DNA of 46,880 bases from sequence record MN158206.1. One strand, given 5' to 3'. Below are positions 25,202 to 33,522 of the stretch, one piece after another (the first letter of the stretch is position 1; each line of letters opens with the position of its first letter). Made by a program: the position numbers and the translations under genes. The DNA comes from Escherichia phage BEK2. The notes under the pieces were generated by a model. The model did no database searches, was not told the origin of the DNA, and saw only the letters and a program-made list of their open reading frames with translations.

Positions 25202-25852
25202 ATGCAAATTTCAGAATCATGCAAATCAATTTTAAAGGCGCTTCACACTGCAAAGGCTATGTTTGCAAAAGCGGAAAAAACAAAGTGTAACAATCACCTA
25301 AATAATAGATATGCAACTTTAGAAGACGTACTAGCGGCTGTTGAGCCTGGTTTAGATGAGTGCGGGTTGGTGATGTTCCAGAGTGTTCTTGATGATGAAC
25401 AAACGAATCGTATGAAGGTTGAAACTAAGTTGTTTCATGCAGAATCTGGAGAGTGGGTCAGCTTCTTAATGATTGTCCCAATCAGTAAGAATGATGCACA
25501 AGGTTATGGCTCAGCTTTAACATACGCTAGACGTTACGGAATCACGGCTGCCCTTGGTCTTAGCCAGGCAGATGATGATGGAAATCTGGCGGCTAAGGGA
25601 GTTAAAGACTTTAAACGAGAACTCGAGAAATGCAACACTCTTGATGAGCTTCGTAGTGTATGGAAGGAGGCCAAACAATCACTTGATGCGGCAGGATGGA
25701 AGGTTTTTGAACCTCACATTATCGAGCGAAAAGCAGAGATAGAGGCTAATGCAGCAACTGGCTTCAACCCAGCCACACCTAAGAAAGTTGCAGAAAAAAG
25801 TAGTGATAAAGAAAAGAATGAAGTAGAATCACAACAAATCGACACATTCTAA
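25202..25852 (+). CDS. erf: ERF-family single-strand annealing protein
   Basis: 216 aa from ATG 25202 (GAGGA SD). N-terminal core NNRYATLEDVLAAVEPGL...YGSALTYARRYG resembles ERF. Lies between the exonuclease and SSB. Confidence 0.7.
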   Translation: MQISESCKSILKALHTAKAMFAKAEKTKCNNHLNNRYATLEDVLAAVEPGLDECGLVMFQSVLDDEQTNRMKVETKLFHAESGEWVSFLMIVPISKNDAQGYGSALTYARRYGITAALGLSQADDDGNLAAKGVKDFKRELEKCNTLDELRSVWKEAKQSLDAAGWKVFEPHIIERKAEIEANAATGFNPATPKKVAEKSSDKEKNEVESQQIDTF

Positions 25853-25893
25853 TTTAATAGGGGCCTCGGCCCCAACAAACAGAGAGATAAAAT

Positions 25894-26319
25894 ATGCACG
25901 TAATTACTGGTCAGATTCGCCGCGCTCCATTCACTAAAGAAGGTCAAAACGCCAATGGTAACTGGAAAATGTTCGCGGTTGATTTGAGTGAGCGATACAA
26001 AGATAAAGATGGTCAATCGCAATATACGAATTACAGAGCCGTCTTCTTCGCTAAAGAATCCATGTTAGACTGGTATAATGAAGCATTTCAAGAGGGTAAG
26101 ATTGTTAGTGTTAGCTCTGAAAGCCTGGCTGTTGATGTTCGTGATAAAGATAGCAAGACTTACGTAACTGTTAACATGAACAATCCTCGTCTTGAGTTTA
26201 GCCAGCGTGGCGATACAGCACCACAACAGCATGGGCAAAAGCAACAACAGAAAACTCAGCAACAGCAGCGTCAGCAACCTCAGCAACAACAACAGGTTGA
26301 AGACGATATTCCCTTCTGA
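25894..26319 (+). CDS. ssb: single-stranded DNA-binding protein
   Basis: OB-fold-sized N-terminus, Gln-rich linker, canonical acidic tip DDIPF at the C-terminus. Confidence 0.85.
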   Translation: MHVITGQIRRAPFTKEGQNANGNWKMFAVDLSERYKDKDGQSQYTNYRAVFFAKESMLDWYNEAFQEGKIVSVSSESLAVDVRDKDSKTYVTVNMNNPRLEFSQRGDTAPQQHGQKQQQKTQQQQRQQPQQQQQVEDDIPF

Positions 26320-26350
26320 TAAAAGATAAAGCCACTTTCTGATTTTGATA

Positions 26351-26374
26351 AAAAGGAGCCTTACGGCTCCTTTT
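26351..26374. terminator. bidirectional terminator
   Basis: AAAA-GGAGCC-TTAC-GGCTCC-TTTT between convergent genes. Confidence 0.8.
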
Positions 26375-26379
26375 ATTAC

Positions 26380-27588
26380 TTAAACACCAGTCAGTCTAGA
26401 TAACTCCCTACGTAGAAGCGCGCACTCTAGAGCGAGGCACTCCTCCATTCGAACCATCCATATTTCTCCAGCATCCTTACTTTCATCGGCATCCCATTTT
26501 TCGTGAATAAGTATTCCGTAATCACATGCGTCCAGACCTGCTTTAAGGAACTTGTCTCTGATGTCTTGAGCAATTACACCAATGTGTAGACGAGCTTCAT
26601 TGTCTCCCTTCTCAGAAACTGCCCTCTTCATTTTCCACTGCTTGTAATTTACTGTACTCCAGGCATCAAGAACTTCGTCAGGAATATCACCTATAAAAAC
26701 CTTGTGGTTTTCATCGGAAACAACTGTAGGTGCGTTCTGAAAATACGCATTGTTATATGTCAGTGATGCATATCCAATGTTATGCGTCGCGGTAACGTCA
26801 GGTGCAAGTGTTCTTGTTCTAAGTATTCCCGACACATTACCTCCTCCGAAGTTTACAGCAGCAGTAGTATTTAGCTCTGCACCACTTACGAACTCCTGAA
26901 TCCAGGGGCCTACCGAAGATGAGGATATTTGTCGACGCCACCCCGTCTGCGATGCGCCATTAGTTCGCAATGTTTGTATGGTGTCGTTATTACCTATAAG
27001 GTACTCAACATCCATAATTGATGCACCAGTGCCTCTAGTTGGTACATCTGTGAACACAGAGAATACGGAGCCTGGAATGTAATATCGACCTGGTGTTTTT
27101 ATGTTAGACAGAAGGTTTCCGTTTGATGATGCACTAGAAGCCGTCATGAACTCGATCAATCCAAACTGAAAAACTTTATGCCAACCAGAATCCACGTAAT
27201 TAGCAGCGGCAGATCTATTTATGTGACGTGACCAAAGACCGTTTTCGTTCTGGTAAAAAAAAGAAATCTTATTGTTAGCCTCAAGTGAAGCGTAAACAGT
27301 TAGACGACCAGAAAGTCGTGCGCCGTTGGTTAGAGAAGGCATATCAAATTCTGTGTTTACACTCTGTGCAATCTCCGTCATAAATATGGCGTTATTTGGC
27401 ATTCTGGTAGCAATCAGAGACACAGTCGCTTCATCTGCGGTAATACCTAGTTCAGCAAGTTTAGTCAGAGTCATTACACCGGACTGGTCGTTGAGTCTAC
27501 CTATCTGAGACTCTATCATCATTAAGGCTTCGTCGAGGGAGTCTTTATTGGCAGTAAGAATGTTGGCATCGAGGGTTAATTTTTCCAT
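26380..27588 (-). CDS. tail fibre protein with C-terminal intramolecular chaperone (S74-type) domain
   Basis: The C-terminal ~110 aa (DEVLDAWSTVNYKQWKMK...RLHIGVIAQDI...LEECLALECALLRRELSRL) match the self-cleaving chaperone-domain pattern of endosialidase/T5 pb1-type fibres. Confidence 0.75.
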   Translation of the reverse strand: MEKLTLDANILTANKDSLDEALMMIESQIGRLNDQSGVMTLTKLAELGITADEATVSLIATRMPNNAIFMTEIAQSVNTEFDMPSLTNGARLSGRLTVYASLEANNKISFFYQNENGLWSRHINRSAAANYVDSGWHKVFQFGLIEFMTASSASSNGNLLSNIKTPGRYYIPGSVFSVFTDVPTRGTGASIMDVEYLIGNNDTIQTLRTNGASQTGWRRQISSSSVGPWIQEFVSGAELNTTAAVNFGGGNVSGILRTRTLAPDVTATHNIGYASLTYNNAYFQNAPTVVSDENHKVFIGDIPDEVLDAWSTVNYKQWKMKRAVSEKGDNEARLHIGVIAQDIRDKFLKAGLDACDYGILIHEKWDADESKDAGEIWMVRMEECLALECALLRRELSRLTGV

Positions 27589-27598
27589 TTTAATATCC

Positions 27599-29116
27599 TT
27601 AAATTGTGAGGTCTACGTATAGTGGTTTGTGGTCACCTATAGCGAGAGGTGTATCTACAGAGCCATATTCACCTTGTTCTGAAAAACCTTTGTGGAATAT
27701 GCGATCAAGATACCATGTACCGCCGTTATTGCTGGTATTAATCTCCCCATTCCGGTTAACCATTGTGAAACCTGCGTCTATGAATGGTTGAAAATCAGAA
27801 TCGTTGTTGGTGTTCCAGTCACCCATCAATACGACATGGCTGTGTGTTTCTGCTGCAGCCATGCTTGCTAACTCGGTTATCATGGCACTAATGCGTTCCT
27901 GTGATAGCGCTAGATGAGTATTATAAACTACAACCGTTGTGCCGTTAACTTTCATCTCAGCTCTTACATAACTCCTGTATTCTGTGTCGCCTACTGTTGG
28001 TTGAGATAAGAAACGGGATCCGGTGACATTGGTTAGCGGTCGAGTTGAAGCTACCATGTTCCCGTAGTTTCTACCGAAGCTGAACCACTCTGAAGTTGAC
28101 TGGAAACCCGATCCGTAAGGGTAAAGCGCTAATTCGGATGCTCGCAAGTTGGGTACAGTATAGCTTTCCTGGCCGCCAACAAAATCCGCACCTATCCGTA
28201 GCCACCAAGTATTAATGTCAACGATTCGCTGCCTGTTAGCGTAGTCACCACCGAAATATCCACTTATACTGCCGGCTCCCCAGTTGTTCCAAGTGACGAA
28301 ACGAACCTTGTTAGAAGTAATTGCGTCTTCGCGCTCTCGAATCATCTGGCGTACGTTATCAGTTGAAGTTGCGACGATCTGTTCCCTAAGGGTAGCATCT
28401 GTTAGGCCAATCCATGCTGTCGGGCCTATTCCGCCAGTCGAATCCACGGTTGAGTTTGCTGGAACAACCTTAGGAAGTTCACCTCCCCACACGTAAGATG
28501 CTGCATTGCCATCTTTAATATCTATTATTTGCTGTGTTTTTGATTCAATTGTAACGCCATCCTGAAAGCTACCAATTAAGGCACCAGAAACAGAAGCGGC
28601 ACTTGCTGCGGCCTGTTGCGCAGATGTGGAAGCTGATGATGCGCTCAATTCGGATGATTGCTTATCCTGTGATACCTGATAAGCATCACTTGATACTTGA
28701 GCGCCAATGGTGACAATTTCTCCATATTGTGTGTTAATTTGGTTAACATCATTTGAAAATTTATCCTGATCAAAATCCTTAAAAACATCAACAGCTGTTG
28801 CAACTTCCGTTTCACGTGACTGGTAGTAACGAAGAGTTTCTGCAACATCCTGAGCCAAACCTTGAACGGTAATCCCATCGTGCGCAAGGATTGCGTAACC
28901 AGTTCCAGCAGGAACGGTTTCAGAGTTGGGGTTGTAAACATTAATCTGCGTATCGCTGATAATTTCTGAGATGGTGTAAATCTGTACCGGCTCTGTTTTA
29001 AATACAATGGTTGCACCAACTCTGATCAGTGTAAGTGGTGCCTTCCATGTTGTACCTACGCCAATAACCTCGCCATTTGCGGCCAGCGAAGCTGTTCCTA
29101 AGTCATAAATTGCCAT
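27599..29116 (-). CDS. tail fibre-like protein with C-terminal endonuclease/exonuclease/phosphatase (EEP) domain
   Basis: 505 aa from ATG 29116 (AAGGAG SD). Fibre-like N-terminus and a Ser/Ala-rich linker (SSELSASSASTSAQQAAASAASVS). EEP motifs: VTWNNWG, GGQE, VYNTHL, GDWN, LDRIF, GDHKP. Confidence 0.7.
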   Translation of the reverse strand: MAIYDLGTASLAANGEVIGVGTTWKAPLTLIRVGATIVFKTEPVQIYTISEIISDTQINVYNPNSETVPAGTGYAILAHDGITVQGLAQDVAETLRYYQSRETEVATAVDVFKDFDQDKFSNDVNQINTQYGEIVTIGAQVSSDAYQVSQDKQSSELSASSASTSAQQAAASAASVSGALIGSFQDGVTIESKTQQIIDIKDGNAASYVWGGELPKVVPANSTVDSTGGIGPTAWIGLTDATLREQIVATSTDNVRQMIREREDAITSNKVRFVTWNNWGAGSISGYFGGDYANRQRIVDINTWWLRIGADFVGGQESYTVPNLRASELALYPYGSGFQSTSEWFSFGRNYGNMVASTRPLTNVTGSRFLSQPTVGDTEYRSYVRAEMKVNGTTVVVYNTHLALSQERISAMITELASMAAAETHSHVVLMGDWNTNNDSDFQPFIDAGFTMVNRNGEINTSNNGGTWYLDRIFHKGFSEQGEYGSVDTPLAIGDHKPLYVDLTI

Positions 29117-29139
29117 CGTGTAAAGTCTCCTTTTGTAAA

Positions 29140-29157
29140 ATAGCACGAATTGCTAAG
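29140..29157 (+). promoter_or_regulatory. orphan box copy, antisense to the local operon
   Basis: ATAGCACGAATTGCTAAG on the + strand between two minus-strand genes. Nearest -10-like hexamer is TATAAA (29180-29185) at 24 nt, and it runs straight into the terminator hairpin. Confidence 0.5.
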
Positions 29158-29182
29158 TTGGATTGTAGCATCTTTCGGGTAT

Positions 29183-29204
29183 AAAAAACCTCCCGAAGGA
29201 GGTT
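29183..29204 (-). terminator. rho-independent terminator (UUCG loop on minus strand)
   Basis: Minus strand: AACCTCC-TTCG-GGAGGTT followed by T6. Overlaps the primase stop codon. Confidence 0.8.
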
Positions 29205-30126
29205 AGCTATTCAATAAGTCACTTGCCTTATATATCTTCTTCCTGATGCCGCTCTTGAATGAGTATTCATCATTTGGTATTACCACGTCAATACACCTGT
29301 CATCCGCAACGCAAAGCAACTCTCTGTCAAGTTTGCACGCCACTCTCAGCTTTTGGTTTCTAAGCGCGTAAGCAACCATTTCCATGTTGTAACTGGAGTA
29401 GCAAACAAGCACACAGCGGTTGCCAGTAGCAATGTGAACACGATAGCCGTCAATGAGATTATCGACCAGATAAGCGAACTCACCATCCTTAAGGGAACCA
29501 ATAACAGCCACAGACTGGCGAGTGTAATCTTTTGCGGCATAACTAACATCTCCTTCTTCATTGATAAACATTACATTGCACATTTCTTCTGATATACCAT
29601 CACCATAAGCCATGAAGCAAGGTATTGCATGGATTAATTCACCTGATTTTGCTCTACCAACATCAAAGCCAAACTCGCTATAGATTCCCTCGTATATACT
29701 GAGTGGGGTTGATTCTACTCTTTCCGTCCTTCCCATTATCTCTAAGCATCTTTCGTGGTCAATTTGAGCGCCCATTTTGTAGAGCTGGGTTCTTGATGCT
29801 TGCTTGTTTGCCTTGTTGACAACCTCAACCGGGATAAGGTTTAGCCACTCACCGAGAACGTCGATACACTCACTGAATGACTCGCCTCGCAGCTTCTGGA
29901 CCCAGAGAATTCCATCCCCTGAGCCGCACTGGTTGCAGATAATGCCACCATCACCATCTTCGCTAACCTTGTTTGTCCATCTCGCGCGATCGTTTCCACC
30001 GCAATAGATGCATGGCTTGTGCTTCTTGGTCTGGAAAAACTTAGGATCTGCGCCGCAGATGTTTATAAGCGCCTTATCCCACAGTCCGCGCATTCTTGGT
30101 AGAACCTCTTTCTTATCGTAGTGCAT
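29203..30126 (-). CDS. DNA primase (zinc-ribbon type)
   Basis: N-terminal CIYCGG...CNQCGSGDG zinc-binding pattern as in P4-alpha/T1-type primases. Lies in the replication gene neighbourhood. Confidence 0.6.
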   Translation of the reverse strand: MHYDKKEVLPRMRGLWDKALINICGADPKFFQTKKHKPCIYCGGNDRARWTNKVSEDGDGGIICNQCGSGDGILWVQKLRGESFSECIDVLGEWLNLIPVEVVNKANKQASRTQLYKMGAQIDHERCLEIMGRTERVESTPLSIYEGIYSEFGFDVGRAKSGELIHAIPCFMAYGDGISEEMCNVMFINEEGDVSYAAKDYTRQSVAVIGSLKDGEFAYLVDNLIDGYRVHIATGNRCVLVCYSSYNMEMVAYALRNQKLRVACKLDRELLCVADDRCIDVVIPNDEYSFKSGIRKKIYKASDLLNS

Positions 30127-30164
30127 ATTAATCTATCTCTTAACAAATAAAAAAGGATGTACCT

Positions 30165-30209
30165 ATTATGGCACATCCAATTCTTTACTCTTTAGCTTTT
30201 CGTGCCAAT
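30165..30209 (-). promoter_or_regulatory. box promoter cassette P9 (variant box)
   Basis: Minus strand: TTGGCACGAAAAGCTAAA (30208-30191) right after the stop TAA, 22-nt spacer, CATAAT (30170-30165). A GGATGT/ACATCC hairpin plus a T-run overlaps the -10. Confidence 0.5.
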
Positions 30210-30397
30210 TAAATAACAAAGTGATGAGTCATTCTTCGCGACAAAAAAGACTCAAGATATTTTTCAATTACGTCCTTTTTACCAGTTTTTTTGTTGTAGG
30301 CGTATGGAGTTCCGCTGGTGTTATCAACTTTACCAACAAATTTGTCGCCATCAACGTTAAAGATTGCTACGAATTTACATTTAGGTAATTTGTTCAT
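30209..30397 (-). CDS. hypothetical small protein
   Basis: 62 aa, AAGGA SD. Confidence 0.55.
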   Translation of the reverse strand: MNKLPKCKFVAIFNVDGDKFVGKVDNTSGTPYAYNKKTGKKDVIEKYLESFLSRRMTHHFVI

Positions 30398-30438
30398 TTT
30401 GTATATCCTTGTTTAGTTTATCGGCTTTCGATGTGTTA

Positions 30439-30482
30439 ACCATACCTCATCCATGAGAAATGTCTTTAGCTTTTCGTGCTGC
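30439..30482 (-). promoter_or_regulatory. box promoter cassette P10 (inside coding sequence)
   Basis: Minus strand: GCAGCACGAAAAGCTAAA (30482-30465), 22-nt spacer, TATGGT (30444-30439), leader ACATCGAAAGCCGA. The box is translated as AARKAK near the C-terminus of the HTH protein. Confidence 0.5.
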
Positions 30483-30932
30483 CTCGTTAGCGGCCTTAAT
30501 CTTGCGCCATGAGCGACACTCTGGCTTGGTGGCTAATTCTGCATCAGTGACCACGCGCAGCATGTGACGTTTTTTGCAGCGCAGGGTTAGAGGCTTGCCA
30601 TTGCCGTCGAATTGCAGATCTGGTCGGCAGAATGTGGCTCTAAAACCTTCCCCGGTTCGTTTGTAGTAGTTGTGCGATAACTGAGCACCACGTGCGGAAA
30701 TCATGCCGCGCTTAAACCATTCTTCTACAGCCTGTGGTGTTACCTTTAGCTGCTTTGCGATATTCGCTTTTGTGCCGAAGAAATCAAGAACTATATCTAG
30801 TCGCGCGCGTAGTCCGGCTCTTACTTCATCTTTTAAAACGTAGTAGCCTGAAGGTCGTTTGCGTTGTTTTTTGTCTTCAGTGCGGATAGTTCCGTTGTTC
30901 CCGTTGATTGTTCGCTTGTCGACTGTATTCAT
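30447..30932 (-). CDS. HTH DNA-binding protein (Cro/YdaS-like), candidate transcription regulator
   Basis: GTKANIAKQLKVTPQAVEEWFKRG is a helix-turn-helix segment. Basic N- and C-termini. GAGGT SD. Confidence 0.6.
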   Translation of the reverse strand: MNTVDKRTINGNNGTIRTEDKKQRKRPSGYYVLKDEVRAGLRARLDIVLDFFGTKANIAKQLKVTPQAVEEWFKRGMISARGAQLSHNYYKRTGEGFRATFCRPDLQFDGNGKPLTLRCKKRHMLRVVTDAELATKPECRSWRKIKAANEAARKAKDISHG

Positions 30933-30944
30933 TTCATTACCTCA

Positions 30945-30987
30945 GTAGCATTTTTTGTTAAAAGTCATTCTGATTTGATGGTAGTAT
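30945..30987 (+). promoter_or_regulatory. box promoter cassette P11 (variant box) for the helicase operon
   Basis: GTAGCATTTTTTGTTAAA (30945-30962), 21-nt spacer, TAGTAT (30982-30987) with TG two nt upstream. Confidence 0.5.
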
Positions 30988-31014
30988 TGTACTCAATTAA
31001 ACGCTACAAGACAA
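30986..31014 (-). promoter_or_regulatory. sigma70-type promoter for the HTH gene
   Basis: Minus strand: TTGTCT (31014-31009), 17-nt spacer, TACAAT (30991-30986). Its -10 overlaps the -10 of P11 by 2 bp. Confidence 0.5.
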
Positions 31015-31033
31015 TTTTTATAGGAATTTAGAT

Positions 31034-33028
31034 ATGTTGCCTATCGAGAAGCTGGTTGCCAACTTCGACAAAGAAAGAATCAAGCAGATTCAGAAAGACT
31101 ATCAGTTTGGTGAGATAACCCCTTACGAATTCCAGTGTGTAACATTTGATGCAATTGGCAAGGCTATTGGGAAGTACGAGGCCCCATTTATCGCTGACCT
31201 TTCAGTATCTGCGGGTAAGACAATCATTCTTGCCATGATTGGTAAGCGCATGGAGCAATTGGGGTTGCCTTATATGGTGCTCTCTCGCCAGTCAGAGATA
31301 ATCGGTCAGAACTCGGAAGAACTTCGCAATTTCGGCATCCGTAACAGCGTCTATTGCGCTGGCCTTAACGTTAAATCAGTTTACTACCCGACTATAGTGG
31401 CTAGTGAAGGCACTGCGGCTAACGGCTTGTTTAAGGGGCTTGGTGACTATGTTCCGGCAGTTATAGCTATAGATGAATGCCACATGGTAGATCACATGGA
31501 TATCGTGGAAGCAGAGGAGAACGAAGAAACATTTGAGCAAATGAGCACAAAGAAAGGCGAGATGGTTTTCAAGGATGGCGTTAATACCGGATTGCTTGGC
31601 ACTGGTCGCGCACAGTACACGCTAATAATTATTGAGATGAAGCGCCGATGCAAAGAAAAGTACGGTCGTGAGCTTCGTATCTTTGGCCTTACTGGCAGCC
31701 CGTATCGTAACAATGATCATATTGTCGTTAGCAATCCAAATGTTCGTGGATTCTGGCGCAAAACAGTGATTCAGGTTCCAACGAATTACCTTGTTGATTT
31801 GGGGTTTGTTGTACCAACCGTTTACGGAGAGGTTGGTGATTTGGGTTACGACCTTAGCGAATTTTCGCCAGACGGTAGTGATGGTGTGAAAGACTTTAGT
31901 AAGAAAGAAATGGATGCGATGACTGCGAAGATTCACGACAACCAATCCATGACTCAAAAGATAATGCAGTTTGTCGTCAAAATACTGGAGACTCGCAACG
32001 CCGCATTGGTCACCTGCGCTGGAAAACTCCATTGTGATGAGGCTGCTGCGGCATTGCCGGATGGATACCCTTACGCCATTATCACCGATTCTACCGGAGA
32101 GAGGAAGCGCAGAGAGATTCTTGCAGATTGCCAGACTGGAAAGTACAAGATTATCTTTCAGATTGGATGCCTAACTACGGGCGTAAACCAACCGCTGTGG
32201 GATACTAGCGTCATACTACGCAAGATTGGCAGTCTAACATTAATGATTCAGCTTCTTGGTCGTGGCATGCGAAAACTAAAAAAGGCGCACATAGATGCTG
32301 GGTTCAAGAAGGAAGACCACTTGGTATTAGACTTTGCCGGAGCGCTTGATGACATGGCAGAGCTTTACTTTGACCCAATAATTGAAGAGATTCAGGCTGA
32401 AAAGTTTAAATCCTCAAGAAAAGGTGGTGGTGAGGTTCGCCAGTGTCCGCAATGTGGATATGAGAACTCGCCATTTGCTAGACGCTGTAGCAATAAGATT
32501 GATGGTGTTAGATGCGATCACTTTTTCCAGTTCACAACATGTGATGATATTACCGACCAACAAACAAAGGCAGTAATCAAGAAAGGTTGTGGAACTAAAA
32601 ATGACATAGCAGCAAAAGTTTGTCGTGAATGCGGAGAAATGCTTAAAGACCCAAACGCTAACCTGACTGGAAAGATGTATCGTCGCGGAGACTATTTGCG
32701 TGTTTATGACTTCCAGGTTGGATTGAGCAAAAATCAAACTGGCATAGTAGTTAAGTATAATATCATGGCGCACAACGGAGAAAGATTTAACGCTTGGGAG
32801 TTCTTTAATCCAGAGTCTGACCATCGAGTTTGTAGTGTGCTGTGGAAAAACTTTTGCCTTTCTCATATTGAGAATCGCACAGAAGCAGCACGAATTGGCA
32901 GACTGAAGAATGCCAGAATGATTATGACTAACGCAGATAAGTTTCGTGCGCCAGTCCAGGTGACACACCGCAAGAATGGCAAAGGAAAGGACGTGATCGC
33001 TTTTAAGAATTTTGGAGAATTGTTATGA
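31034..33028 (+). CDS. SF2 DNA helicase with C-terminal zinc ribbons
   Basis: Walker A SVSAGKT, DEAH-type AIDECH, motif VI-like LLGRGMR. Two CxxC...CxxC ribbons (CPQCGYEN...RRCS; CGTKND...CRECG). Confidence 0.85.
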   Translation: MLPIEKLVANFDKERIKQIQKDYQFGEITPYEFQCVTFDAIGKAIGKYEAPFIADLSVSAGKTIILAMIGKRMEQLGLPYMVLSRQSEIIGQNSEELRNFGIRNSVYCAGLNVKSVYYPTIVASEGTAANGLFKGLGDYVPAVIAIDECHMVDHMDIVEAEENEETFEQMSTKKGEMVFKDGVNTGLLGTGRAQYTLIIIEMKRRCKEKYGRELRIFGLTGSPYRNNDHIVVSNPNVRGFWRKTVIQVPTNYLVDLGFVVPTVYGEVGDLGYDLSEFSPDGSDGVKDFSKKEMDAMTAKIHDNQSMTQKIMQFVVKILETRNAALVTCAGKLHCDEAAAALPDGYPYAIITDSTGERKRREILADCQTGKYKIIFQIGCLTTGVNQPLWDTSVILRKIGSLTLMIQLLGRGMRKLKKAHIDAGFKKEDHLVLDFAGALDDMAELYFDPIIEEIQAEKFKSSRKGGGEVRQCPQCGYENSPFARRCSNKIDGVRCDHFFQFTTCDDITDQQTKAVIKKGCGTKNDIAAKVCRECGEMLKDPNANLTGKMYRRGDYLRVYDFQVGLSKNQTGIVVKYNIMAHNGERFNAWEFFNPESDHRVCSVLWKNFCLSHIENRTEAARIGRLKNARMIMTNADKFRAPVQVTHRKNGKGKDVIAFKNFGELL

Positions 33029-33444
33029 AAATTACAGACAAAGTTGACTACATTGAGTTTTACCATGGCCCGGTTAAGTCTTGCCCGAAAGAGGATGACG
33101 AGCAAATCTTTTGCTCTGATTGGGTTAAGTATAACTATCCAGAGATGGTATTTTTCCACTGCGTGAATGAGGGTAAGAAAACCATTGGTCAGGCAAGAAA
33201 AGACCAGGCCAAGGGGCTTCTCAAAGGCGTATCAGACTGTATGTTTCTTATTCCCGAATCTATCCGAGGAAAGTACCCTTTCGGAGCCATAGAGCTAAAG
33301 AGGGCTGGGAAGACGCAGGCTAGTCCGGTCAGCGACGAGCAGAAGTCATTCCTTAAAAGCGTAAGAGAATCAGGAGGTTTTGCCGGGGTAGCCTACGGTC
33401 GCGAGGGTTTTCTAGCGGCGTTTAAAGAAATGATTTCAAAATAG
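33025..33444 (+). CDS. VRR-NUC domain nuclease
   Basis: GVSDCMF...GAIELKRAG has the D...ExK arrangement. ATGA overlap with the helicase gene. Confidence 0.7.
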   Translation: MKITDKVDYIEFYHGPVKSCPKEDDEQIFCSDWVKYNYPEMVFFHCVNEGKKTIGQARKDQAKGLLKGVSDCMFLIPESIRGKYPFGAIELKRAGKTQASPVSDEQKSFLKSVRESGGFAGVAYGREGFLAAFKEMISK

Positions 33445-33484
33445 CACGAATTGCTAAAGACGTTTCGTTGAGTTGGTGTATTAT
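33441..33484 (+). promoter_or_regulatory. box promoter cassette P12
   Basis: ATAGCACGAATTGCTAAA (33441-33458; stop TAG inside), 22-nt spacer, TGtATTAT/TATTAT (33479-33484), leader CATCGAAACGAAACG (33490-33504). Confidence 0.7.
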
Positions 33485-33522
33485 CTATTCATCGAAACGA
33501 AACGCACAAAGAGAGAAAGAAA

